A program made the translations under genes and the position numbers. 64,000 bases of DNA from Eledone cirrhosa (Eukaryota): contig OZ024742.1 of the NCBI GenBank assembly GCA_964016885.1, forward strand, positions 341,186,001 through 341,250,000, given 5' to 3'. This document shows, piece by piece, positions 25,428-37,397 of the stretch. The notes under the pieces were generated by a model that ran no database searches, was not told the DNA's origin, and was given only the letters and a program-made list of their open reading frames with translations. The first letter of the stretch is position 1; each line of letters begins with the position of its first letter.

Positions 25428-27484
25428 TCAAGGGTAATGATGTTACCAACTATAGACCTATCACATGTCTGTCCGTAATGTGGAAACTGTTGACAAGCAT
25501 TATGTCTGAGGAAATCTGCCATCACCTCCACACAAACAACTTGTTACCGGACGAACAGAAAGGATGCCGAAAGAAGTCACGTGGTACAAAGGACCAGTTA
25601 CTTATTGATAAGATGGTAATGAGGAATTGCAAGAGGAGACACACTGGTCTTGCCATGGGATGGATAGACTACAGAAAGGCATTTGACATGGTGCCTCATT
25701 CTTGGATCAGCAAAAGCCTGGAGATCTTTAAGGTGGCAGATAACATCAGACAGTTGTTGGGCAAAAGTATGAAGTCCTGGGAAACAGAGTTAACATCAGC
25801 TGGAGAATCCTTGGGAAACGTGAAGATCAAGAGAGGTATCTTCCAGGGAGATACTCTGTCCCCTCTGTTGTTTGTCCTTGCCCTGATTCCCCTGACCAGT
25901 GTACTGCGAAAAGTGAGAGCAGGATACAGGTTGGGAAAGGGAGGGCTTACCATCAATCACCTCCTCTTCACGGACGATCTTAAGCTCTTCGGGAAGAGTG
26001 AGAAGGAGTTGGATGTGCTTGTTGACACTGTCCGTATTCTCAGCAATGATATATGTATGCAATTTGGTATTAGTAAGTGTGGAGTCATTGTGATGAGGAG
26101 GGGTAAGTTGAGCAGAAGTAACGGAATCCAGGTACCAACAGGTGAGATGATAAAGGAAATTGACTCTGAGGAAGGATACAAGTATTTGGGCGTTCTGGAG
26201 GCTGATGACATCGAGAACAAAAAAATGAAGGAATTGATAAGAATTGAATACATTCGGAGAGTAAGGAGCGTATTAAAGTCACATCTGAACAGTAGGAATG
26301 CCATAAGTGCAGTAAATTCCCAAGCTGTGTCTATTATTAGGTACAGTGCGGGAATTATGAGATGGAATGTTGCTGAACAAAAAGAAATGGATAGGAAGAC
26401 TAGGAAGCTATTGACTATCTACAACATGTTCCACAAAAGGAATGATGTCGATAGACTCTACTTAAGGAGATCTGAGGGTGGAAGAGGTCTTATCAGCATA
26501 GAGGACTGTGTTCAGATGGAGAAAAACAACCTACACAAATACGTGACTGATAGTAAGGAGCCAATGCTCAGAACTATACTGAAGGGGGGGAAAATAGGCC
26601 AGGGGATGTCCAAGGAGGAAATAATATCAAGGAGAAAGAGCAACCTTCAGGAAAAATCCCTTCATAGTACCTTCTTTGAGAAAACTGAATTTAGAGATCC
26701 ACAGACATGGAACTAGTTGAAAAGAGGAGACCTTAAAAAGGCTACAGAAGGAATGTTAATGGCTGCGCAGGAGCAGGCCCTCAAAACGAAGTGGTTGAAA
26801 CACCATATTTACAAGGAGGAGGCTAGCCCACTGTGCAGGATCTGTGGAGAGAGAGAGAGGAGACTGTGGCTCACGTTGTATCCGAGTGTAAACACCTAAC
26901 CCAGACTCACTATAAGGGCTGGAGACATGATGTGATGGGCAGGGTGATCCACTGGCACCTATGCAAAGTAAACAATTTACCACATTCTGAGAAGTGGTAT
27001 GAGCATAAGCCAGAGGCGGTGATAGAAAACGATCAGGTGAAGGTGCTGTGGGATTTTAGGATACAGACGGACAAGAAACTGGAACACAATAGACCTGACC
27101 TGATGGTTATGGACAAATAAAAAAGATCGTGCCTGATTGTGGATGTGGCCTGCCCATTTAACACGAGAGTGCAAGAGAAGGAGAGGGAGAAAATTAACCG
27201 ATACAAGGACTTAAAGTGGGAGGTAAAAAGGATTTGGAACTGCCATGAAGTCAAAGTGATCCCGATTGTCATAGGCGCACTAGGGACTATCTCAAAAAGT
27301 TTCCAGGGATGGTTAAAGAAAATTGGCCCCTTCACGCTTTTTGGAACGCCTCAAAAGGCATGCTTGCTGGGAACAGCAAGAACCCTCCGATACGTCCTGA
27401 ATATCTGAGGTTGCAGGTAGTGGCTTGATATTCATTTCAACAAACTTTCCAGTTAACTAACATCAATGACTGAGACTCAAAGAG
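25428..27484 (+). mobile_element. R4/Dong-like RLE non-LTR retrotransposon, 5'-truncated, decayed
   Basis: [66 protein letters not shown]. (AAT)n on both sides. Confidence 0.93.
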
Positions 27485-27494
27485 TAATAACAAC

Positions 27495-27550
<56 letters not shown>

Positions 27551-27552
<2 letters not shown>

Positions 27553-30500
27553 TTTTCTTTATTAACCACAAGGGTTTACATAAAGTAGACATTAAGGACA
27601 GTACAGGACAATACAGGACGGCACAAATGGGCATTTCTGCGTGTAAAAAAAAACAGCGGATGAAATAAAATAACAAAGAAAAATTCCCCAATAGGGGGGA
27701 GACTTCCGAGGGACATTTGTGGAGAAGGCCCATTCATTCGGGCCATACTTGCTTCTCTCACCCATCTTTCAACAAAATGCTGGGAACAGAGCACTTCCCT
27801 CTCTACCCTGATTTTCCTTTTCAAATGAAATTTGAAAAAGTTAATCAGGGCATCACCGAAGAGGTAAGTGCTCGTCTTCAGCCCTTTCAAACGTGTCCAC
27901 CATACTATCTCTTTCGCCATGGCCACCAGACAGATAAAAACTGCCTGCCCTTCCCGGCTAAAGGAAGAGGGCGGGGCAATCCTCACGATGGACTCAGCTG
28001 ATAGCTGGATCCGTCCTACACGTGACAGCAGGTGTTCGACATAAACCCACAAGTCAGCAATGCTCGGACACTGGACGAGTGCGTGCAGGACGGTTTCGTC
28101 GCCCTGTGCGCATCTCGGACTGCCCGGCTGACGGCACGTCCATGCCTGTAAAGTTTATCCCGAACTGGCAAAGCACCCCGGTAGCACTGCCAGGCCAGGG
28201 ATTTCTGGAAGTTGTCCATAGGCCCCGGCCCGAAAGTCCTTCCGAAGAGATTGGCTAGTTGATTTTCGTCGACGCCTAGAGTTTCTCCAAGTACGTCGTC
28301 GCTCTTCCCCTCCACTAATCCTCTATAGAACGCCAAGGTGGAGTTTCCACCGATCACATTGCCCGATTGGTCGAGGGCTGTGAGCGCCTGAAGACATTCC
28401 AGTCTCCAAGCGCTCCCTCTCGGTCTTCGCTTGACCCAGGACTGCAGCTCCGTCAAGGAGACGAGCTGGGGAAAAACGCGTCTAGCAAACGGCGACCACA
28501 CCTGATCACCGTCGAGGAAGAGGTGGAGATGTCGTAGCCTGAGCGCGTGTCTGCGCATCATCAGCCACGGCATGCCCAGCCCTCCACGTAACGGGTGTTG
28601 ACAGCAGATGGACCGCCTGACCATCGGGGCGCGTCCCTTCCACAAGAAGCGAAAGAGCAAACGCTCCAGCGCAGTCAGGCGGGGCTTATGACAAGGTACG
28701 ACAGTCAGGCGGTAGTAGATGACGGACGCGATGTACGCGTTAGCCACCTCCGCTCGACCTTTCAGGGATAGCTTCCTCTCGGCCCATTTCTGGGTGAGAG
28801 AAGCCACCCTGCTCGTCACCTCGTCCCAGTTTTTGTCCGCCTGGAGGTCTGGACCGAACCAGACCCCTAGCAATTTAACCGGTCCGTCTGTCCAGCGCCC
28901 GACGACGCTGTTGGACGACATGGACCAGCCTCGCCAGGTGCCGAGCTGCAGGCCCACTGACTTTTCCTGGTCGATCATTGCTCCTGTCACCGCTTCGTAT
29001 TCTCTTAGTGTAGTGCCGCTCGCCTCGATGTGTTTGGCGTTCGACACCACTACGGTGACATCGTCGGCATATGCTGACACGGATCTTCCGCATCCTAGTT
29101 CGCGCGGGATCCCCCTCAACGTCTCCAGTTTGTGCAGTAATGGCTCGAGAGTCAATACGTACAATAGGGACGAGAGGGGACATCCTTGGCGGACCGAGCG
29201 CATGATGTTGAACGGTTCCGAAAGGTGACCGTTCACTCTCACTACAGAGCAGATGTTGCTGTGCATGGCAGTGATCCAGCCTCTGAAGACGGGCCAAAAG
29301 CCAGCCGCCCTCAGGACTGCCTCTAGGTAGCGATGGTCGACTCTATCGAAGGCTTTCGACTGATCTAAATTGATCAAAGACCCACCCGTGCCAGGTTCCC
29401 TAGCTACCCTCTCTACGATGTATCGCATGAGGTGGAGGTTGTCGTGGATGGATATGTCGGGAATGGCGCATGTCTGTGCCTCTCCCACCAGACCACCAAC
29501 GACAAGCGCCAACCTCTTTGCTAGCACCTTGGCCAAAATCTTGAACTCTGTGTTTAGCAGAGTTATGGGCCTAAAATTATCTATGTTATCCCCCTTGTTC
29601 GGATCCTTTCTCAGCAGCGCCACCGCTCCTCGGCTCACAGAGCTGGGAATTCTCCCGTTCTGTTGCCAGTTGCAGTAGACGTCCGCCAAGAGGCCTCCGA
29701 ACAAGTTTGGCATTTGTACGTAAAGTTCATAGGGCAGACCATCCAAACCAGGCGATTTACCCCTTGTGCAACTAGTCATTGCATCCCGTACTTCAGCGGT
29801 TGTTATCGGCTTTTCGCAACACTCCGCCTCAGTGGCCGAAAGCCGCGGCAGTCCGTCGAGGTAGACACTAAAGTCCATCCCTCGATCCGGCCCGCCACTG
29901 CCCCCGAACAGTTGAGCGAAGTGTCGCTGAAAAGCTTCACACATTTGCCCGGGATCGAGTAGCATGCGCCCGTCGTGGTCCACCAAAGACCGGATCGTGG
30001 CTTTGTTGCCACGACGCGCCTCCGCCACTCGGGCCCATTGAACGGCTTTCGTCCCCTCGTGTCTGAGAGCACGCACCCTAGCTCTGACAACGCAGCCTTC
30101 GTGCTTTGCATTGAAGAATTGGTCAAGGGCCAATTTCGCCGCAAGTACGTCGGTCGCGATGCCTATTTTTCTCTATTGCTAAAGTCTTACTAAACCAAAT
30201 GGACTCTATTCTAATTGCTCTTTTCAGAGCAAACCACCACTTGTTGTTGACGATGGCCCCCGTCAACGCCCGCTTAACTAGTTCGCTAATCCGGTCTCTG
30301 TAGGCCTTGCGCGCTGGTAAGGACGCGTTTAGCTTCCAGTAGCCGGGTCCTCGTCTATGAAGCCTATCTAAGTCAAGCACACAGATCACGAATTTGTGGT
30401 CCGTGTAGCTGACTATCTTGAATTGTGGACAGCCTATGCTAGACCTATCTATTTCCCTACAAAATACTCTATCTAGATATGATCTGGATGACCCTATGCG

Positions 30501-32735
30501 ATTTGTCCAAGTCCACATTGGTACATTCGGGAAATCCATTCGGTACCTGTCAGACAGTTCAAAACGTCTGAGCAGGTTGGTGAGACTCTTGCACCCTCCT
30601 TCCCTATCCACTAATCCCACACAATCCCAGCGTGCATCTAAGATCCCGTTCCAGTCGCCCACTAACACTAAAGAGCGGGACGTTCCAAGAAAGGTCTCCA
30701 GACGGCGGAAGAAATCAGGCCGCCCTGCTCCTGTCGGGGCATAGACGGCCACTAACCTGAAAGCTTGCCCGTCTCCGCTGGTCACGTCCAGCACCACCAA
30801 CTTACCTTCTGGGTCCAGGAAGATGGCCCGTATGGCAAGATCCAAACCTCTCCGAAAAAGCACAGCAACTCCTCCCCCCCGATCCCGGACGGCTGGGAGA
30901 TGCGTACACATCGTAGCCGCCGAAGATCGGTGCGAAAGCCTGTGCTTCGGAGATTCTGGTCTCGCTGATGGCCACTACATCTATGTTTAGTGACCTGAGG
31001 TCGTTGAGCAGGTGGCCCTGCTTCCATGACGACCCCAAGCCACGCGCATTTATGCTGCCTATTCTGAGTGAGGTCATGTTGAAAAGGAGTGGAAAAGATG
31101 GGAAAGACCACTTACCTTACTTCTCGTAAGGGAAGGATGGTTTTTCCATCCTTTTCACTGCTTGTGGCCTCCTCAGGAAGGATGTCCTTATAAATCCTCC
31201 TGGAGAGTGCTTGTCGGAAGTTTCCGATGTCTTTGGGGAATTTTTGTTTTAGTGTCATGTACGTTTTCTGTGTGATGCGAGTGATTTGTATGTGTGGAGG
31301 TGGTGTGAATTTTGGGGTTGTTGTGTAGTCTTTTTCTGTGATGCTGGTGTTGTGTTGGATGTAGTGTAATAATTGCTTGTTGTTCAAATTTAATGCTGTG
31401 TAGTGTGTATCGTTTTGGTTGTTTTCTTTTGTTTGCGTTTGTTGTGGGTTTGTTTCTGTTTCGCATTTTGGTGACTTTTGTGGTGTAGGTGATGGTGGTG
31501 TTGGAGTTAATGATGGTGATGGTGTTGGTGTTTGGGTTGATGGGGTTGGTGATGCTGGTGTGGATGGTGGCATATCTGTCCTAACTTTTTTGTTTCTTAG
31601 TTTATTTGTTTCCCTCTGTATTTTGTTTCTGGAGGGGGAAGGAAGAGAATTTTTTCTTTTTTGGTTTCTTTTTTTTTTTCCGGATATCGTTTCCCACTCC
31701 TCGTCGTCACAATCTGTCTCCAGTTGTGATAGGCCGGGGAGTGGAAAATCCTCCACAGGCGTTAGTTTTGGTTGTGGCGTGGTGGATGGTGTAGGCGCTG
31801 GTGCTAGTTCTGAAGCGTTGGGTGGTGGTGGTGTTGGTTTTGCTGGTGGTGGTGGTGGTGTTGGTTTTGCTACTGTTGCTGGGGTTGTTGCTGTTATAGT
31901 TGCTTCTGTTGTTGCTGCTACAGTTGTTGCTGCCATCTCTGCTACTGGTGGTGTTGATGGTTGTGTCACTGGGGTGGGTAGGAGAGGTGGCCTCAACCTT
32001 TTAGCCTGATGGCAGAAAGCCCTTAGGTGGGTTCCTTCACCACAAACGACACACCTAGGTCTTTTGCCCTTGACAATTACCGTGAGGTGGCTGCCGTCAG
32101 TGAGGTCTATTACCTCTGGGATCTCCTCAATGCTATTTTTGGTCCGCTTGGATCAGGAGCTCCATCCCAGATCCGGACCAGTTCTCCTGCTTTTCTTTTG
32201 CTATTGCTATTATTTTCGTGTTGGCTTCGATGCCGGCGAGGACAGCCGCTATTAGCCAGGGAATTTTGATGGCCGGTGGAACGTGGGTCACCCTGATCTT
32301 TACGAGTCTCTGGCCACAATAGCTTGGGACGAGTGTGAAGTCGTCACTTCTTAATGGGGCCATGGAGTGTTCTCTAGCCTCCTCTGGTGTTTCAAAGAAC
32401 ACGTCCATGGTTCCATACTTTTGCCCACGTCTGATGTGGGTTTTTCTTGCCCACACATGTCCCAAAGCTATTTGGATTTGGGACTCGGATGCCCGTTCCA
32501 CTCGGCGCGATTTTACATTTATTGTTCTATACGACACGGTGCATAGGCGCCGATGCTCCATTTTATTAGGTGGGGGGTGAGGCTGACCCTGTACCCATCT
32601 TTCTTTACCATTTGTTTGGCATTTTCTAAATCCTCCTGAGTTACCGTAAATGCTTCGAACTGTTTTGCTACTCTGGCGAAACTGAGGGGGGGGGGGGGTT
32701 ATAATGTCATTGTTGTTGTTGTTGCTATCGTTAAT
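27551..32735 (-). mobile_element. L1/Tx1-clade LINE copy C, 5'-truncated in ORF1
   Basis: ORF2 31077-27730 is broken by frameshifts and a deletion near 30165, and is nearly identical to copy D. ORF1 remnants lie at 32700-31112. Confidence 0.94.
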
Positions 32736-32740
32736 ATTAA

Positions 32741-33627
32741 TTAAATACCCAGAACGAGCTAACAATCCTGATGTTGACAAAACTTTAACCCATCAGTGGT
32801 TGGCATCCTCTGGACTGAAATCGGAGACTGAAGGACTGATTATATCAGCACAAGATCAGTGTCTGCCAACAGAAAATTACCAAACCAACATAATAAAAAA
32901 TGGATGCAGCCCATTATGCCGTGTATGTAAAAAACAACCAGAGACCATTGACCATATAATTTCAATGTGCAGTCCTATAGCTCCAACCGAATACCTAAAC
33001 AGGCATGACAAAGCTGCACAATACATACATTGGATAATGTGTAAGCATTTTGGCCTGCCCCATCAAAAGAATTGGTGGGAGCATCAACCACCTCCCATAC
33101 TTGAAAAAGATCACATCTCAATCTTGTGGAACTTTAGCATCCAAACAGACCGACAAATAGATGCAAATAGACCTGATATAATACTGAAGGACTTTAAAAA
33201 GAGGGTATGCCTGCTAATTGATATGTCCGTTCCAATAGACAAGAATGTATCTATAAAAACATTTGAAAAATTGAGCAAGTATAAGGACCTGGAGATAGAA
33301 ATTGGAAAAATGTGGAAATTGAGAACTAAAACAATACCAGTGGTTGTAGGCGCTCTAGGAATGATACCTAAGGGGTCTAATGATTACTTATCGCAAATCC
33401 CAGGAAACCCGCGTATAGGAGAAGTACAAAAGATAGTACTAATGGGAACTGCCCATATACTAAGGAAGATTCTGTCAATATAAGTACATTACAAGTCTAA
33501 ACACCTAAAGATGCATGTGTGAGTATGTATGTTTTTTCTTGAACATGGCGGACCTTGTTGTCTCTTGAGGTCACTGGTTGTGACTTGGTGATAACTCGTA
33601 TGAACATAAAGCAAGATAAATGCAGCT

Positions 33628-33629
<2 letters not shown>
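32741..33629 (+). mobile_element. R4/Dong-like RLE element 3' fragment (second family)
   Basis: LKSETEGLIISAQDQCL, CRVC...ETIDHIISMC, RHD, ANRPDI..D..K..EKLSKYKDL. The ORF ends at 33483, followed by an (AAT)n tail. Confidence 0.92.
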
Positions 33630-33682
<53 letters not shown>

Positions 33683-33942
33683 TTTCTTTATTAACCACAA
33701 GGGTTTACATAAAGTAGACATTAAGGACAGTGCAGGACAATGCAGGACGGTACAAATAGGCATTTCTGCGTGTAAAAAAACAAAAACAGAGGATGTAACA
33801 AAAATAACAATGAAAATAACAATGAAAAATTCCCCAATAGGGGGGAGACTTCGGAGGGACATTTGTGGAGAAAGCCCAGTAAAAAGCCACAATGACCCTG
33901 ACCACCAAGGCAAGTGCCCTCTCCCAGTTTTCCACCTTTAGT

Positions 33943-36900
33943 TTACAGATATATACTCAGAGTCGGCCCATTCACTCGGGCCATTCTTGCTTCTCTCACC
34001 CATCTTTCAACAAAATGCTGGGAAGAGAGCACTTCCCTCTCTACTCTGATTTTCCTTTTCAAATGAAATTTGAAAAAGTCAATCAGAGCATCACCGAAGA
34101 GGTAAGTGCTCGTCTTCAGCCCTTTCAAACGTGTCCACCATACTATCTCTTTCGCCATGGCCACCAGACAGATAAAAACTGCCTGCCCTTCCCGGCTAAA
34201 GGAGGAGGGCGGGGCAATCCTCACGATAGACTCAGATGATAGCTGGATCCGTCCTAAACGCGACAGCAGGTGTTCGACATAAACCCACAAGTCAGCAATT
34301 TTCGGACACTGGACGAGTGCGTGCAGGACGGTTTCGTCGCCCTGCGCGCATCTCGGACATGCCCGGCTGACGGCACCTCCATGCCTGTAGAGTTTATCCC
34401 GAACTGGCAAGGCTCCTCGGTAGCACTGCCAGGCCAGAGATTTCTGGAAGTTGTCCATAGGCCCCGGCCCGAAAGTTCTTCCGAAGAGATTGGCTAGTTG
34501 ATTTTCGTCGACGCCTAGAGTTTCCCCAAGTACGTCGTCGCGCTTCCCCTCCACTAATCCTCTATAGAACGCCGAGGTGGAGTTTCCACCGATCACATTG
34601 CCCGATTGGTCGAGGGCTGTGAGCGCCTGAAGACATTCCAGTCTCCAGGCGCTCCCTCTCGGTCTTCGCTTGACCCAGGACTGCAGCTCCGTCAAGGAAA
34701 CGAGCTGGGGAAAAACGCGTCTAGCAAACGGCGACCACACCTGATCACCGTCGAGGAAGAGGTGGAGATGTCGTAGCCTGAGCGCGTGCCTGCGCATCAT
34801 CAGCCACGGCATGCCCAGCCCTCCACGTAGCGGGTGTTGACAACAGATGGACCGCCTGACCATCGGAGCACGTCCCTTCCACAAAAAGCGAAAGAGCAAA
34901 CGCTCCAGCGCAGTCAGGCGAGGCTTAGGACAAGGTACGACGGTTAGGCGGTAGCAGATGACAGACGCGATGTACGCGTTAGCCACCTCCGCTCGACCTT
35001 TCAGGGATAGCTTCCTCTCCGCCCATTTCTGGGTGAGAGAAGCCACCCTGCTCGTCACCTCGTCCCAGTTTTTGTCCGTCTGGAGGTCCGGACCGAACCA
35101 GACCCCTAGCAATTTAACCGGTCCGTCCGTCCAGCGTCCGACGACGCTGTTGGACGGCATGGACCTGCCTCTCCAGGTGCCGAGCTGCAGGCCCACTGAC
35201 TTTTCCTGGTTGATCATTGCTCCTGTCACCGCTTCGTATTCTCTTAGTGTAGTGCCGATCGCCTCGATGTGTTTGGCGTTCGACACCACTACGGTGACAT
35301 CGTCCGCATATGCTGATACGGATCTTCCGCATCCTAGTTCGCGCGGGACCCCCCTCAATGTCTCCAGTTTGTGCAGTAATGGCTCGAGAGTCAATACGTA
35401 CAAGAGGGACGAGAGGGGACATCCTTGGCGGACCGAGCGCATGATGTTGAACGGTTCCGACAGGTGACCGTTCACTCTCACCACAGAGCAGATGTCGCTG
35501 TGCATGGCAGCGATCCAGCCTCTGAAGACGGGCCCAAAGCCAGCCGCCCTCAGGACTGCCGCTAGGTAACGATGGTCGACCCTATCGAAAGCTTTCGACT
35601 GATCTAAATTGATCAAGGACCCACCCGTGCCAGGTTCCCTAGCTACCCTCTCTACGATGTATCGCATGAGGTGGAGGTTGTGGTGGATGGATCTGTCGGG
35701 AATGGCGCATGTCTGCGCCTCTCCCACCAGACCACCAACGACAAGCGCCAACCTCTTTGCTAGCACCTTGGCCAAAATCTTAAACTCTGTGTTTAGCAGA
35801 GTTATGGGCCGGAAATTGTCTATGTTATCCCCCTTGTTCGGATCCTTTCTCAGCAGTGCCACCGCTCCTCGGCTCACAGAACTCGGAATTCTCCCGTTCT
35901 GTTGCCAGTTGCAGTAGACGTCCGCCAAGAGGCCTCCGAACAAGTCTGGCATCTGTACGTAAAGTTCATAGGGCAGACCATCCAAACCAGGCGATTTACC
36001 CCTTGTGCAGCCAGTCATTGCCTCCCTTACTTCAGCGGCTGTTATCGGCTTTTCGCAACACTTCGCCTCAGTGGCCGAGAGCCGCGGCAGTCCGTCGAGG
36101 TAGACACTAAAGTCCATCCCTCTACCCGGCCCCCCGCTGCCCCCGAACAGCTGAGCGAAGTGTCGCTGAAAAGCTTCACACATTTGCCCGGGATCGAGTA
36201 GCATGCGCCCGTCGTGGTCCACCAAAGACCGGATCGTGGCTTTGTTGCCACGACGCGCCTCCGCCACTCGGGCCCATTGAACGGCTTTCGTCCCCTCGTG
36301 TCTGAGAGCACGCACCCTAGCTCTGACAACGCAGCCTTCGTGCTTTGCATTGAAGAATTGGTCAAGGGCCAATTTCGCCGCAAGCACGTCGGTCGCAATG
36401 CCTTTGCTAAGCGCCTCGTCTAATTTTCTAACTAGTTCTCCCTCTGCTCTATTTTTCTCTATTGCTAAAGCCTTACTAAACCTAATCGATTCTATTCTAA
36501 TCGCTCTTTTCAGAGCAAACCACCACTTGTTGTTGACGATGGCCCCCGTCAACGCCCGCTTAACTAGTTCGCTAATCCGGTCTCTGTAGGCCTTGCGCGC
36601 TGGTAAGGACGCGTTTAGCTTCCAGTAGCCGGGTCCTCGTCTATGAAGCCTATCTAAGTCAAGCACACAGATCACGAATTTGTGGTCCGTGTAGCTGACT
36701 ATCTTGAATTGTGGACAGCCTATGCTAGACCTATCTATTTCCCTACAAAATACTCTATCTAGATATGATCTGGATGACCCTATACGGTTTGTCCAAGTCC
36801 ACATTGGCACATTCGGGAAATCCAATCGGTACCTGTCAGACAGTTCAAAACGCCTGAGCAGGTTGGTGAGGCTCTTGCACCCTCCACCCCTATCCGCTAA

Positions 36901-37362
36901 TCCCACACAGTCCCAGCGTGCATCTAAGATCCCGTTCCAGTCGCCCACTAACACTAAAGAGCGGGACGTTCCAAGAAAGGTCTCCAGACGCCGGAAGAAA
37001 TCAGGCCGCCCTGCTCCTGTCGGGGCATAGACGGCCACTAGCCTGAAAGCTTGCCCGTCTCCGCTGGTCACGTCCAGCACCACCAGCTTACCCTCTGGGT
37101 CCAGGAAGATGGCCCGTATGGCGAGATCCAAACCTCTCCGAAAAAGCACAGCAACTCCTCCACCCGATCCAGGACGGCTGGGAGATGCGTACACATCGTA
37201 GCCGCCGAAGATCGGTACGAAGGCCCGTGCTTCGGAGATTCTGGTCTCGCTGATGGCCACTACATCTATGTTTAGTGACCTGAGGTCGTTGAGCAGGTGA
37301 CCCTGCTTCCATGACGACCCCAAGCCACGCGCATTTATGCTGCCTATTCTGAGTGAGGTCAT
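33943..37362 (-). CDS. Intact Tx1-like ORF2: APE endonuclease + reverse transcriptase + Zn finger (1139 aa)
   Basis: GSINARGL, ISET, VGDWN, YLDRVF, TDHK; DQSKAFDRVDH, SVRQGCPLS, AYADD, LLGV; CPRC..DETVLHALVQC. Confidence 0.97.
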   Translation of the reverse strand: MTSLRIGSINARGLGSSWKQGHLLNDLRSLNIDVVAISETRISEARAFVPIFGGYDVYASPSRPGSGGGVAVLFRRGLDLAIRAIFLDPEGKLVVLDVTSGDGQAFRLVAVYAPTGAGRPDFFRRLETFLGTSRSLVLVGDWNGILDARWDCVGLADRGGGCKSLTNLLRRFELSDRYRLDFPNVPMWTWTNRIGSSRSYLDRVFCREIDRSSIGCPQFKIVSYTDHKFVICVLDLDRLHRRGPGYWKLNASLPARKAYRDRISELVKRALTGAIVNNKWWFALKRAIRIESIRFSKALAIEKNRAEGELVRKLDEALSKGIATDVLAAKLALDQFFNAKHEGCVVRARVRALRHEGTKAVQWARVAEARRGNKATIRSLVDHDGRMLLDPGQMCEAFQRHFAQLFGGSGGPGRGMDFSVYLDGLPRLSATEAKCCEKPITAAEVREAMTGCTRGKSPGLDGLPYELYVQMPDLFGGLLADVYCNWQQNGRIPSSVSRGAVALLRKDPNKGDNIDNFRPITLLNTEFKILAKVLAKRLALVVGGLVGEAQTCAIPDRSIHHNLHLMRYIVERVAREPGTGGSLINLDQSKAFDRVDHRYLAAVLRAAGFGPVFRGWIAAMHSDICSVVRVNGHLSEPFNIMRSVRQGCPLSSLLYVLTLEPLLHKLETLRGVPRELGCGRSVSAYADDVTVVVSNAKHIEAIGTTLREYEAVTGAMINQEKSVGLQLGTWRGRSMPSNSVVGRWTDGPVKLLGVWFGPDLQTDKNWDEVTSRVASLTQKWAERKLSLKGRAEVANAYIASVICYRLTVVPCPKPRLTALERLLFRFLWKGRAPMVRRSICCQHPLRGGLGMPWLMMRRHALRLRHLHLFLDGDQVWSPFARRVFPQLVSLTELQSWVKRRPRGSAWRLECLQALTALDQSGNVIGGNSTSAFYRGLVEGKRDDVLGETLGVDENQLANLFGRTFGPGPMDNFQKSLAWQCYRGALPVRDKLYRHGGAVSRACPRCAQGDETVLHALVQCPKIADLWVYVEHLLSRLGRIQLSSESIVRIAPPSSFSREGQAVFICLVAMAKEIVWWTRLKGLKTSTYLFGDALIDFFKFHLKRKIRVEREVLSSQHFVERWVREARMARVNGPTLSIYL

Positions 37363-37397
37363 GTTTAAAATAGAGTGGAAAAGATGGGAAAGACCAC

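Noticed and set aside
32704-32780. Overlapping divergent ORFs and a signal-peptide-like MSLLLLLLSL start
   Set aside because: This is the junction of two 5'-truncated elements across a TTG/AAT low-complexity patch.
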